From positions 288,001 through 352,000 of the forward strand of contig CAVUWD010000019.1 in assembly GCA_963745025.1 (NCBI GenBank): a DNA stretch of 64,000 nucleotides, written 5' to 3'. Shown one piece after another: positions 30,712 through 40,655 of the stretch (position 1 is its first letter; each line of letters opens with the position of its first letter). A program made the position numbers and the translations under genes. This stretch comes from an uncultured delta proteobacterium. GTDB lineage: Bacteria; Desulfobacterota; Binatia; JACPRU01. A model generated the notes under the pieces. That model saw only the letters and a program-made list of their open reading frames with translations. It was not told the origin of the DNA and did no database searches.

Positions 30712-30900
30712 TCGTTCCACGTCGGCGTGCGGAAGGCTTGGTAGTGGCCGGCGCGCAGCGAGACGTGCTCGGAGGCGTGATAGAGGAACGCCGCCTTGGG
30801 GCTCACCGCGGTGCGATCACGATCGCCGAACTGCCGATCGACGACCGTGTCGCCGGCAGCTCGGTCGCGCTCGAGCCGGAAGAGGTCGACCCAGAAGATG
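30712..30900 (-). pseudogene. TonB-dependent receptor internal remnant
   Basis: AVSPKAAFLYHASEHVSLRAGHYQAFRTPTWNE resembles the SP+..L.Y...SLR...YRAFRAPT.NE barrel motif. Confidence 0.6.
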
Positions 30901-30991
30901 AATTTGCCCCATGACTTGATCGCCGCATTGACCGAGCCCACCCAAGATCGCGCGTCGCGCCGTCAGGTGCAAGAGTGCCGAGACTGGGAGA

Positions 30992-31471
30992 TCAAGCGCC
31001 GGGCGCCGACAATTTCGCCGCTTCTCGAATCAGGATGTCGCGAACCAGTTCTGTCGTCTTGCCTACCAGCCGAATGCATCTCGCGAGCTTTTCAGGCGAA
31101 GCGATATAGGCCTTGACCTCTTCGGGCTTGGTGAAATCCGTGCCGGTGATGTCTCGGCAAAAGTGGCTGCATTCGATCTCGGTCGCGAAGCGACGGTAAA
31201 GCTCGGCGCACAGCGGGAAGAGCTTGCCGTCTTCCTTTTCCTCCAGCTTTCCCTTGCCGTATCTGGAGCTAAGCGCTGCCACGCCGCCGACAATCGCCCC
31301 GCACACCGAGCCCAACCCGCCGATTCCGCCACCGAAACCGCCCATCATCCGTACGGCATCCGCGTCCTCCTCCCCCAAAATCTCCTGCACGACCTGCAGG
31401 ACGGTCTGGCTTCAATGATAGCCGTTCTTGATGCAGAAGGTCGTCCGCTCCGTAATGTTGATGTCCTTCAA
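30992..31471 (-). CDS. C-GCAxxG-C-C family selenoprotein (Sec at the first conserved Cys)
   Basis: Continuous frame LKDINITERTTFCIKNGYH-U-SQTVLQ...GFGGGIGGLGSVCGAIVGG...CRDITG...C; TGA at 31412-31414; AGGAGG RBS before TTG. Confidence 0.88.
31384..31400 (-). promoter_or_regulatory. bacterial SECIS element
   Basis: CCUGCA-GGUCG-UGCAGG hairpin starting 11 nt after the UGA; similar in spacing and sequence to the E. coli fdhF SECIS (GUUGCAGGUCUGCAC). Confidence 0.8.
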
Positions 31472-31530
31472 CTTTATGGTTTCCTCCTGCCTGCCGCGAG
31501 GCGATTGTCGAGAGCTGTCGATCAAAGGCA

Positions 31531-31546
31531 AGCACCATTCGTGCCA
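31531..31546 (-). promoter_or_regulatory. sigma54 (-24/-12) promoter candidate for the selenoprotein gene
   Basis: TGGCACGAATGGTGCT with GG-N10-GC spacing, 60 bp upstream of the start. Confidence 0.6.
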
Positions 31547-31876
31547 GCGAGGTTGTCGGTTCAGCGCGATAGAAACCGCAATCGGACCGTGCTCGCCGAA
31601 GCATTGATCCGCGCGTCGCGGCTCACTATGACGCTCTTGGCGCCAGATCGGCTGCAAGTGTTGACTCCGCCGGAACCACGAAGCCGTAGCCACGCGCTGC
31701 CCGCTCAAGCACGAGCAAGCCGTTGGGGAAGCGGATTTCAACGGCCCGCTTCCTCTCTCTCGTCTCCCCCTAGCAGCGGTGAGCCCGATGGCGACGCCTG
31801 CTTGATCAAGATTCCGATGGTCAAGGAGAGCGCAACATCCGGAACTTCTTCAACACGAGCTCTCAGTCACAGGGAG

Positions 31877-32299
31877 TCAAGATGCGCGCAGCGCGACCAA
31901 GATCCCCATCCAGAACATACAGACCGCCTGGGTGAGGAAGAAGGCGAAACGGACTCCCACCACCGTCGTCGTCGGCTGCAAGACGATGTGGACGGTCGTC
32001 TGGCAAACACGCGCGACGAGGAGAACGACGGCGAGCGCGTCGAGCACTGGAGAACTAGCACCGCTCGTCACGATCGCGACCACGACCGCGCCGTAGACGG
32101 GCAGGTTCTCGATGCAGTTCGCGTGTGCCCGCATCGCTCGCCGATACCAGTCCGCCCCGTGCGGCACGTCGGCGACGAACTCAGTGATCCTGGCGCGTCC
32201 CGTGAGGATCCGGCTCCAGCGGTAGACGCCAATGCTTCCGAAGAGCGTGACCAGGGTCCAGCCTGCGAAGCCAAGGAGCACCCAAACGGGAACACTCAT
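31877..32299 (-). CDS. MAPEG family membrane protein
   Basis: RAMRAHANCIENLP; 4 TM segments. Confidence 0.88.
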   Translation of the reverse strand: MSVPVWVLLGFAGWTLVTLFGSIGVYRWSRILTGRARITEFVADVPHGADWYRRAMRAHANCIENLPVYGAVVVAIVTSGASSPVLDALAVVLLVARVCQTTVHIVLQPTTTVVGVRFAFFLTQAVCMFWMGILVALRAS

Positions 32300-32332
32300 G
32301 AAAGGATCATCTCCGCGGTACTCGCCGAGGCG

Positions 32333-33742
32333 TCACCCGCGGTAGGGACAGTCGCCGCGCTGGAGGTTCCCCATGGCGTCGTAGGTCGCGTACTTGTACA
32401 TGTCCGACAGGCTGGGATAGTTGAAGCAGGTGTCGATGAAGGTGGCGGTCGTGGCCCCCATCGTCATGCCGACGAGACCGCTCGCGATCAGCTCACAGGC
32501 ATTCTCGCCGATCATGTGCACCCCCAGCAGCTGCTCCTCCGGGAGGGAGAACACCAGCTTCAGCAGGCCCCAGCGCTCCCCGATCAGCGCTCCACGAGGG
32601 TTCTGCTGGTACCGGCAGCGCCCGGCGACGTAGGGACGCCTCTTCGCGCGCAGGCTCTCCTCCGTCTCTCCCACCATGGACAGCTCGGGGATGGTCCACA
32701 CACCGATCGGCAGCTGTCGCGCGATGCCGGTCTTGTACTTCAGGTCGAAGGCGTTCACCATCGCCATCCGCGCCTGCTCCATGGCGGTCGAGGACAGAGC
32801 CAGGCCGCCGATCACGTCACCGGCGGCATAGATGTGCGGCACGTTCGTCTGGAACCGCTCGTTGACCTCGAGCTGGCGGTGCTCGTTGAGCCGGACCCCG
32901 GCGCGGTCGAGTCCGAGCCCCTCCACGTTGCTCCGACGGCCGAGCGCCATCAGCACCGCCTCGGCCTCGAGCCTCCGCCCGTCCTGGAGGACCACGACGG
33001 GCACGTCGCGCCCGTCGACCTCGGCGACGTGCTGTGGCATCAGCAACTCGACCCCGATCGATTCCATCGCCTCCTGGAGCATGGTGGCGACCTCGGCATC
33101 GGCGAACGGCAGGAGCCGGTCGCCCGCGTTGATCACGCGGACATGGTCCAGGCCAAGGACCTTGAACAGGCAGGCGTACTCGCACCCGATTGTCCCGCCG
33201 CCGATGATTGCCAGTGACCGTGGGAGCCGGGTCATCTCGAGGATGGTGTCGGAGTCGTAAACACGCGGGTCGTCGAACGGAATCGTCGCGGGACGGATCG
33301 GCCGCGAGCCCGTGGCGATGAGAACGATCTGCCCGTGCAACAGGGTCTGGGTGTCCTCGTCGACGACCTTTACGGTGTGGGCGTCGACGAACGAGGCGAC
33401 GCCGCGATAGACATCGACGTGATGGCGGTCGAGGTTGGTCCCGACCCACTCGCTGAGCGCCTCGCGGACGACACGGCCGCGACGCATGAATGCGTCCACG
33501 GTGATCGTTCCATCGTAGCTGAGCCGGATGCCGTGCAGGTCGCGGCCCCGGAGGCCCGAGAGGTAGAGCGCGGTCTCGCGCATGGCCTTGCCCGGAATTC
33601 CAGTGTTGGCCACCGCGCCCCCGAGACGCGATGCGCGCTCGATCAGCGCCACCCTCTTGCCGAAGTAGGCGGCCTGAGCGGCGCCCTTCTCGCCGCCGGG
33701 TCCGGAGCCGATCACGACGAGATCGTAAGTCGCTCTTTCCAT
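32333..33742 (-). CDS. sthA: Si-specific soluble NAD(P)+ transhydrogenase
   Basis: YDLVVIGSGPGGEKGA, IYAAGDVIG, FNYPSLSDMYK. Confidence 0.88.
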   Translation of the reverse strand: MERATYDLVVIGSGPGGEKGAAQAAYFGKRVALIERASRLGGAVANTGIPGKAMRETALYLSGLRGRDLHGIRLSYDGTITVDAFMRRGRVVREALSEWVGTNLDRHHVDVYRGVASFVDAHTVKVVDEDTQTLLHGQIVLIATGSRPIRPATIPFDDPRVYDSDTILEMTRLPRSLAIIGGGTIGCEYACLFKVLGLDHVRVINAGDRLLPFADAEVATMLQEAMESIGVELLMPQHVAEVDGRDVPVVVLQDGRRLEAEAVLMALGRRSNVEGLGLDRAGVRLNEHRQLEVNERFQTNVPHIYAAGDVIGGLALSSTAMEQARMAMVNAFDLKYKTGIARQLPIGVWTIPELSMVGETEESLRAKRRPYVAGRCRYQQNPRGALIGERWGLLKLVFSLPEEQLLGVHMIGENACELIASGLVGMTMGATTATFIDTCFNYPSLSDMYKYATYDAMGNLQRGDCPYRG

Positions 33743-34041
33743 CGCTGGCTATCTTAGTCGAATCGGCTCACCGAGATCATCAGCGTTTCGTTAGCCGGAA
33801 TTGCCGGAACCGGACCCGGCGATGAAAGCGAATACGATAAAATATCGGTCAGCGATGACGGACGATTCGTTAGTTTCACCTCTTCTCGTGAAGGAGTCAG
33901 CGTAGGAAGCGCCCCCGACTCGTCGTCGGGAACCTGAATTGAGAACCTGATTTGACGACGAAGTTACCACGTGCTTGTGTAAGCTAAGTGCCCAGACGCG
34001 ATGTTGTGTGCGCATCACTCTATCGAACCATGGAGTAGACC

Positions 34042-34251
34042 ATGAAGCTAAGCGCTCGCAATGTACTCAAGGCCAAGGTGAAATCTGTGAAGCACGGCGC
34101 CGTGAACTCGGAGGTGATACTGGAACTCGCCGGCGGAGCGGAAATCGTTTCGATCATCACGAGCTCTTCCGCGAAACACCTCGGTCTGAGGCGGGGAGGC
34201 GAGGCATATGCGGTGATCAAAGCGTCGAACGTGATCATCGCCACCGACTGA
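34042..34251 (+). CDS. TOBE/Mop molybdate-binding protein
   Basis: MKLSARNVLKAKV...SIIT..S...LGL..G..AYAVIKASNV. Confidence 0.93.
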   Translation: MKLSARNVLKAKVKSVKHGAVNSEVILELAGGAEIVSIITSSSAKHLGLRRGGEAYAVIKASNVIIATD

Positions 34252-34389
34252 TCCGCCGCTCAAGCCGAAAACTGCCTCCGCGACTCTTACGCGCCCGCGA
34301 CCTGCACTGATCGGCGCCCGCCCGCCGGCACGGGGTCGGGCACCCTCGACGCCGCGCACCCCTGTCGCAAACCCTCGCCGGAGCGCGCC

Positions 34390-35979
34390 CTAGATCAGCA
34401 GGTCCCAATCCGTGTAGGAGAGGAGGGCCCGTCGCGTCGCTTCCTTTACGCGCAAATCGAAGAAGTCGATCGGATTGTAGTCGTCGGACAGCGTGATGGC
34501 CGGAGTGCGGTCGGGAAAAGAGAATTCCTTCCCCAACACCGCGCCGATGAGAGGCTCGGCCAGGTGGTGAACCGGGAAATCTTTGACCCGCTGCGGGTCG
34601 AACGAAAGCGAGCCGTCGTCGTAGGCGATCAGCGCGATGTTCTGGGGATCGGCGCCGCCGGCCGGATCGAGGTTCGGATAGGCCTTCACCGTTCCGAAGA
34701 CCTGCGCGAGAGTCCCGACGATGGACGCTGTCATGAATGGTTCTCGTTGCAAGCTGCCGACCAGGTTGATGGCGACGATGCCCTTCTTGGTGAGTCTCTC
34801 GTGCAGGAGCCGGAATGCCTCGAGGCTCATCACATGGGACGGAGCCCAGTCGCCGCCGGCGACGTCCACGATGATGTAGTCGTACTTCTTGTCCGACGTG
34901 GCCAGATGGTACCGCGCGTCGGAAATGATCACGTCTCCCGAGATCCTGAACCCGAAGAACTTCCCGGCGATGTCCGCGATCGCCGGGTTGATGTCGACCA
35001 CGTCCGTGCGGATGCCGCGCGCCTCGAACCACATCGGGATGACTCCCGCGCCCAGGCCGAGGACAAGGCAATTCTTCCCGGCCGGATTGATCCCGTAGGG
35101 CAGGAATTCCATCAGGTACGGGTACTCGTACGCGGACAGTCCGTTCGCCATGTCCACGCCGCTCTGGATCAGGCCGTCGATCGCCAACTCGCGGATGTGG
35201 CGGTCTCCGTTGGAGTAATCGAGGACCTTGAGACTTCCGTAGAAGCTGTCCGCCACGAACACTTCGGCCACCTTGGTCCCGTTCGCCTGGATCTTCTCGC
35301 GCAGCCCCGGCATCCGAAAGATGAAGCACGGCAGGATCAAGAGCCCGAGAAAAAACAGCCTTTTCCGGAAGACCGTGAAGTAGGCGACGGACAGGCAGAT
35401 CAGCGACAGGCCGACGAATTCGAAGATGCGGTCCACCCGGAAGTACGCGATCAGCACGAAGCCGGTGAGTACCGTGCCGAGGAAGCTTCCGATCGTCGAT
35501 ACGGCGTAGAAGAGACCGACGGTTCGGCCGATGTTCGTCATCTCGCGGGCGGCAATCCTCACGATATAGGGAGACACGCAGCCGAGGAGAAAAAGAGAAG
35601 GCCCGAACAGCAGCGTGGCGCTGACGAGTGAACCCGTGCGCAGACCGAAGGACATGCAGGCCTTGAGGACGGACGGCTTCAGGTGGGGGATCAGAAGAAC
35701 CAGGAACCCGGCGACCAGGATGATTCCGTAGAGGTACACCGGGTCGCTCTTCCGGTCCGACAACAGGCCGCCCGCGGCATAGCCCAGGGCCAGGGCGACC
35801 AGAGTGACCGTGATCAACGATGTCCATACGAACAGGCTGACCCCGAAGAAGGGTCCGACAACTTTCGAGCCGAGAACCTCGATGACCATCACCAGCCCGC
35901 CGCAGAGAACGGACGTGACGACCAGGAAGAACAGGAAAACCGGCGAATCGGATCCTGGGTGGCCCGGAGGCGGATTCAC
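34390..35979 (-). CDS. membrane-domain/spermidine synthase-like fusion
   Basis: MVIEVLGSKVVGPFFGVSLFVW TM domain plus VLGLGAG..VVDIN..DAR SAM-binding domain. Confidence 0.9.
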   Translation of the reverse strand: MNPPPGHPGSDSPVFLFFLVVTSVLCGGLVMVIEVLGSKVVGPFFGVSLFVWTSLITVTLVALALGYAAGGLLSDRKSDPVYLYGIILVAGFLVLLIPHLKPSVLKACMSFGLRTGSLVSATLLFGPSLFLLGCVSPYIVRIAAREMTNIGRTVGLFYAVSTIGSFLGTVLTGFVLIAYFRVDRIFEFVGLSLICLSVAYFTVFRKRLFFLGLLILPCFIFRMPGLREKIQANGTKVAEVFVADSFYGSLKVLDYSNGDRHIRELAIDGLIQSGVDMANGLSAYEYPYLMEFLPYGINPAGKNCLVLGLGAGVIPMWFEARGIRTDVVDINPAIADIAGKFFGFRISGDVIISDARYHLATSDKKYDYIIVDVAGGDWAPSHVMSLEAFRLLHERLTKKGIVAINLVGSLQREPFMTASIVGTLAQVFGTVKAYPNLDPAGGADPQNIALIAYDDGSLSFDPQRVKDFPVHHLAEPLIGAVLGKEFSFPDRTPAITLSDDYNPIDFFDLRVKEATRRALLSYTDWDLLI

Positions 35980-36099
35980 CGGGGCTTCCCGTCCCGGAGG
36001 ATTACTTCTCTTGCCGTCCGGTCGGGACGAGCCGCCATGCGCGCGTGCTACCGATTCCGTTCCGCGAGCGCAAGCGGCCTGGCCTGCGACAGATTTGTG

Positions 36100-36262
36100 G
36101 TCCGGCGTTCTTGAGGAGGATGTAGCCCGCGCGGAGGTTCTCGGGCACGCGCGATAGGTCCCCGACGGTGGGCGGATTGCCCTTCCCCGGGAGGTCCGCG
36201 AAGTCGCCGCGCGCGATCGCCTCGCGGATCCGCACCTCCGCGATGCGGGCGAGGAGATTCAT
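36100..36262 (-). pseudogene. DUF1992 family protein, 3'-truncated
   Basis: IAEVRIREAIARGDFADLPGKG..VPENLRAGYILLKNAG and then unrelated sequence; ATGA overlap with the upstream gene. Confidence 0.8.
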
Positions 36263-36846
36263 GCGCCCCGCGACCACTCGATCGCCTGCTCGAGGCGGTC
36301 GTTCCCCCAGAAGAGCTCGCCGCGCGCGACGAAGCTCGGCGCGCCGAAGACGCCGAGCGCGGCCGCTGCTTCCGTCTGCCGGCGGAGCTTCTCCCTATTG
36401 CCCGGAGCGAGCGCGCGGGCGATCGTTTCGGCCGCGGGCATGCCGATCGCCGCGAGGATCGCGCCGATCGTCGCTTCGGTGGCGATGTCGCGGTCCTCGG
36501 CGAAGTTCGCGAAGTAGGCCCGCCGCGTGAACTCCGGCACCCACGGCTCGCCGAGACTCGCGACGCGCGCGGCGAGGAGGCCGTTTCGCGGAAAGACGCT
36601 CGGACGCCGGAGCGTGAGCCCCTCCCGCGCGCAGAGCCGCTCCATGTCGCGCCACATGTAGCGGCCCTTCACCGGATAGAGGTTGAACGGCGAGTCGTTC
36701 CAGCCTTGCTTCTGGAAGATCGGGCCGAGGAGGAAGGGCTTCCACCGGACGTCCACGCCGGCCGCGCCGGCGAGGCGCTCGACCCGCATGGCGGCGAGAT
36801 ACGAGTACGTGCTCGCGAACTCGTACCAGAAGTCGAGCGTCGTCAT
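36259..36846 (-). CDS. 2-hydroxychromene-2-carboxylate isomerase (DsbA/GST-kappa family)
   Basis: DFWYEFASTYSYLA, GVFGAPSF..GELFWGNDRL. Confidence 0.92.
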   Translation of the reverse strand: MTTLDFWYEFASTYSYLAAMRVERLAGAAGVDVRWKPFLLGPIFQKQGWNDSPFNLYPVKGRYMWRDMERLCAREGLTLRRPSVFPRNGLLAARVASLGEPWVPEFTRRAYFANFAEDRDIATEATIGAILAAIGMPAAETIARALAPGNREKLRRQTEAAAALGVFGAPSFVARGELFWGNDRLEQAIEWSRGA

Positions 36847-37111
36847 CGCGGCCCCGATGATTCCATGCGCGGGGCGCAGACGGAAGTCGCCGGCCGGCTC
36901 GGAATCTCAGCCTCCCTCGGATTGCACTCCCTCCCAAGGTTCTGCCGGGGTCCCCACGGTATACTCGATGTCTGTCGGCTGATCCTGCCGGCAGGTCAAC
37001 GAATGAATTTGTGACCGGGGGAATCGGTGTCTCGCTTCGGTCGTCCTTGAGCCGCACCGAGCGCGGGGATAGTGTGCCTTCGCTTGTAGCCCGAGATCGA
37101 AAGGAGCCACC

Positions 37112-38032
37112 ATGTCCGAGATGCGCGAGATCACTGCCGGCCTGCAGTTTCCCGAAGGACCGATTGCGATGCCCGACGGGAGCGTAATCCTGGTCGAGAT
37201 CAAGCGCGGCACGCTGTCGCACGTGACGCCGAACGGGAAAATCGAGGTAATCGCCGAGACCGGCGGCGGCCCGAACGGCGCGGCGATCGGGCCCGATGGC
37301 AAGGTGTACATCTGCAACGACGGCGGTTTCGAGTGGTCCGAGATCAACGGCCTGACGGTTCCCGGCCACCAGCCCCACGATTACAGCGGCGGCCGCATCG
37401 AGCGTGTCGACCTCAAGACCGGCAAGGTCGAGGTGCTCTACACGGAGTGCGACGGCCATCTGCTGCGCGGACCGAACGACATCGTCTTCGACCGGACCGG
37501 CGGATTCTGGTTCACCGACCACGGCAAGGTCCGTGAGCGCGAGCGCGACCGAACCGGCGTCTACTACGCGAAGCCGGACGGATCGCTGATCCGTGAGGTG
37601 ATCTTTCCGATCGATTCGCCGAACGGTGTCGGCCTGTCGCCCGACGAGAAGACGCTCTACGTAGCGGAGACGTGGACCGGGCGGCTGTGGGCGTGGGACG
37701 TTCCCGCCCCGGGCCAGATCGCCCCGGGAAACCAGCCGTTCACTCCCGGCGGCGGCCACTTGCTCGCCGGTGTCCGGGGCTTCCAGCTCTTCGACTCGCT
37801 TGCGGTTGACTCCGCCGGTAACGTCTGCGTGGCGACGATCATCAACGGCGGCATCACCGTGGTTTCGCCAGATGGATCGAAGGTAGACCACGTGCCGATG
37901 CCCGACCCGCTCACCACGAACGTCTGCTTTGGCGGACCGGATCTTAAGACCGCGTTCGTGACCCTCTCGGGAACCGGCAAGCTCGTCTCCATCCCGTGGC
38001 CACGCCCGGGGCTGCGCTTGAACTTCTGCTGA
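37112..38032 (+). CDS. SMP-30/gluconolactonase/LRE family protein
   Basis: FPEGP, GPNDIVFD, PNGVGLSPD, TNVCFGGPD. Confidence 0.93.
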   Translation: MSEMREITAGLQFPEGPIAMPDGSVILVEIKRGTLSHVTPNGKIEVIAETGGGPNGAAIGPDGKVYICNDGGFEWSEINGLTVPGHQPHDYSGGRIERVDLKTGKVEVLYTECDGHLLRGPNDIVFDRTGGFWFTDHGKVRERERDRTGVYYAKPDGSLIREVIFPIDSPNGVGLSPDEKTLYVAETWTGRLWAWDVPAPGQIAPGNQPFTPGGGHLLAGVRGFQLFDSLAVDSAGNVCVATIINGGITVVSPDGSKVDHVPMPDPLTTNVCFGGPDLKTAFVTLSGTGKLVSIPWPRPGLRLNFC

Positions 38033-38069
38033 ACGGAACTGCCTGCTCGGCACCCCGGCAAGCTCGCGG

Positions 38070-38285
38070 GTCACGCAGGCGCTCGCTTTGGCGCGGCTGA
38101 AGGGCGAGGGCATCGCGCCGATTCCGGGCACCAAACGCGTGTCTCATCTGGTAGAGGACGTAGAGGGTGCGGACATGGCCTTGAGCGCGGCCGACGTCGC
38201 TCATCTCGACGAGCTGTTTGCGCCCGCCAACATCGTGGGCAAGCGTTATCCGCCGGCGCTCGCCGCATCCATCGACAGCGATTGA
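38070..38285 (+). pseudogene. aldo/keto reductase C-terminal remnant
   Basis: QALAL..GIAPIPGTKRVSHLVEDVEGA..LS..D...G.RY. Confidence 0.75.
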
Positions 38286-38343
38286 AGGCGGGGCGCGCAC
38301 CTGTCTCGCATGTGAACCGGCGCCGCTTTCCCCTGCGGCGGGG

Positions 38344-38379
38344 TTGACACCACGGCGGCCGAAAGTATACAAGGTATAC
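38344..38379 (+). promoter_or_regulatory. sigma70-like promoter with overlapping TetR operator; probably a leaderless transcript
   Basis: TTGACA at 38344; palindromic GTATAC-AAG-GTATAC at 38365-38379 directly before the ATG; no SD. Confidence 0.7.
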
Positions 38380-39045
38380 ATGGTGAAGATCGCGACAAGG
38401 ACACGCATCCTCACCGAGGCGCAGGAGGTAGTGACCGAACAAGGCGCAAGCGCCGTGACCATGCGGGGCGTCGCGGCACGCGTCGGCGTGACTCCCATGG
38501 CGCTCTACCGCCATTTCCCGAACCGCGAGGCGCTGCTCGGAGCGATCGTCGAGGAGGCGCAGGCGACCTTTCTCCACCACCTCCAACGGGCGATGGCGGA
38601 GCCTACGGCGGCTGCACGCTTGCTCGCGTCGGGCCAGCAGTACCTCGCCTTCGCGCTCGGTCACCCACGGCGCTACGCCGTGCTGTTCATGGAGGTCCAG
38701 CCTGTGGCTCCGGCCGCGGCGCCGGGGGATTATGCCTGGCAGAACGCCGCGACCTTTCGGTTCTTGGTCGACCGCATCCGCGACTGCGCCGCCGAGGGCG
38801 TGCTCCGAATCGACGACCCCGAGGAGGCCGCCCTGACCGTCTGGGCTCACGTGCACGGACTGGTCTCGCTCTACCTGGCCGGGAAGCTGCCGATCAGTGA
38901 GGCCCGTTTCCGCACCATCTACGAACACTCTGTACTCGATCTCGTCCGCGCCTTCGGCTGGCGAGGAGTGGCGGCCGTGGTTAGACGTCGAGCCGATAAG
39001 CCGATGAGTCTACGCCGTATACGCAAAGGAGGATCCGCCCGATGA
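38380..39045 (+). CDS. TetR/AcrR family regulator (WHG-type C-terminal domain)
   Basis: VTMRGVAARVGVTPMALYRHF HTH; WAHVHGL. Confidence 0.93.
   Translation: MVKIATRTRILTEAQEVVTEQGASAVTMRGVAARVGVTPMALYRHFPNREALLGAIVEEAQATFLHHLQRAMAEPTAAARLLASGQQYLAFALGHPRRYAVLFMEVQPVAPAAAPGDYAWQNAATFRFLVDRIRDCAAEGVLRIDDPEEAALTVWAHVHGLVSLYLAGKLPISEARFRTIYEHSVLDLVRAFGWRGVAAVVRRRADKPMSLRRIRKGGSAR
39008..39022. promoter_or_regulatory. second TetR operator upstream of the desaturase-like gene
   Basis: GTCTAC-GCC-GTATAC, one arm mismatch to the 38365 site, just before the AAGGAGG RBS. Confidence 0.6.
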
Positions 39046-40655
39046 CACGAATCGGCGAGCCGTGGCGCCCGGGCGCCGCGCAAGAACACTGGGACGCGGT
39101 CGTGATCGGCTCCGGCATCGGCGGGCTCGCCGCGGCAGCGCTGCTCGCGCGCCACGGCAAGCGCCGCGTGCTCGTGCTCGAGCGCCACTACACGGCGGGC
39201 GGCTTCACCCACGTCTTCCGGCGGCCGGGCTACGAGTGGGACGTCGGCGTCCACTACATCGGCGACGTGCACCAAGGCGGCATGCTCCGCCGAATCTTCG
39301 ACGACGTGACCGACGGTGCGCTCGCGTGGGCGGACATGGGCGACGTCTACGACTGCGTCGCCATGGGCGGGGAGCGCTTCGAGTTCCCGCGCGGCCGCGC
39401 CGCGCTCGAGGCCGAGATCGCCCGCCGCTTCCCGAACGAGCGCGATGCCATCCACCGCTACTTCGAGCTCGTCATGGAGACGGTCGACGTCATGCAGGCC
39501 TTCTTCCAGGCGAAGGCCATGCCGGCGCTGCTCGCACCGCTGGCGCGGCCCCTGGCCCGTCGGCGCTTCGCCGGGCTCGCGGCGCGCACCACACGCGAGG
39601 TCCTGGAGTCGCTGACCGCGAACCAGCGGCTGATCGGCGTCCTTACGGCGCAGTGGGGCGACTACGGCCTCCCGCCGGCGGCGAGCAGCTTCGCGATCCA
39701 CGCGCTCGTGGCCCAGCACTACTTTGCCGGCGGGTCTTATCCTGTCGGCGGCGCGGCCCGGATCGCGGAGACGATCCTTCCCGTCATCGCGGCGAGCGGT
39801 GGGCGCGTGCTCATCAACGCCGAGGTCGGCGCGATCGTCCTCGAGGGACGCCGCGCGGTCGGTGTCCGCATGGCGGAGACCGGTGAGGTCATCCGCGCGC
39901 CGCTCGTCGTGAGCGACGCCGGGGTTGCCAACACCTTCGGCCGCCTGCTCCCGGCCGACCTGCCCGCCGTATCGGCGATTCGCGCCGACCTGCGCTCGGC
40001 GCCGCCTTCGACGGCGCACGTCGCGCTCTACGTCGGCCTTCGCGGCACGGCGCGCGACCTCGGCCTGCCGCGCGCGAATCTGTGGGTCCACCCCGACGAG
40101 CACCACGAGCGGGCGGTTGCCGCCGCGGCGGCGGCGCCGTTGGCGCCGGGCTCCGCATTCATCTCCTTCCCGTCGGCCAAGGATCCCGACTTCGACCGCC
40201 GGTATCCCGGGCGCGCCACCGTCGAGGTCGCGGCATTCGTGCCGTGGACGGCATTCTCACGCTGGGATGGCACGCGCTGGCACAAGCGGGGCGCCGACTA
40301 CGATGCCGCCAAAGCGCGTCTCGCGGCGCACCTCCTCGGCCTGCTCGACGCCCACGTGCCCGAGGTGCGGGGTCACGTGGAGCACGCCGAGCTCTCGACG
40401 CCGCTCAGCACCCGCCACTTCGCCGCCCACCCGCACGGCGAGGTCTACGGCCTCGCGCACGACCCGGCGCGCTTCCGCCGCGCCTGGCTCCGGCCGCGCA
40501 CGCCCGTGCGCGGGCTCTTTCTCACTGGCGCCGACGTCGCGACCGCTGGCGTCGGCGGCGCGCTCATGGGCGCCGTGATGTGCGCCTCGGCGATCCTCCG
40601 CCGCAACATGGTGCAGGCCGTCGGTCGCGAGTCTCCTGCCCGCCGCGCCGCGTGA
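39042..40655 (+). CDS. phytoene desaturase-family FAD oxidoreductase (retinol saturase-like)
   Basis: VIGSGIGGL, GGFTHVF..GYEWDVGVHYIG, STPLST, GLFLTGAD. Confidence 0.9.
   Translation: MTRIGEPWRPGAAQEHWDAVVIGSGIGGLAAAALLARHGKRRVLVLERHYTAGGFTHVFRRPGYEWDVGVHYIGDVHQGGMLRRIFDDVTDGALAWADMGDVYDCVAMGGERFEFPRGRAALEAEIARRFPNERDAIHRYFELVMETVDVMQAFFQAKAMPALLAPLARPLARRRFAGLAARTTREVLESLTANQRLIGVLTAQWGDYGLPPAASSFAIHALVAQHYFAGGSYPVGGAARIAETILPVIAASGGRVLINAEVGAIVLEGRRAVGVRMAETGEVIRAPLVVSDAGVANTFGRLLPADLPAVSAIRADLRSAPPSTAHVALYVGLRGTARDLGLPRANLWVHPDEHHERAVAAAAAAPLAPGSAFISFPSAKDPDFDRRYPGRATVEVAAFVPWTAFSRWDGTRWHKRGADYDAAKARLAAHLLGLLDAHVPEVRGHVEHAELSTPLSTRHFAAHPHGEVYGLAHDPARFRRAWLRPRTPVRGLFLTGADVATAGVGGALMGAVMCASAILRRNMVQAVGRESPARRAA

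Noticed and set aside
31163-33217. Long 684-aa plus-strand ORF and similar long antisense ORFs (e.g. 36395-38134, 45171-46733)
   Set aside because: Shadow frames of high-GC genes on the opposite strand, with no recognisable motifs.
33780-34030. Moco/Wco riboswitch upstream of the Mop gene
   Set aside because: I could not see the characteristic conserved segments or stems.
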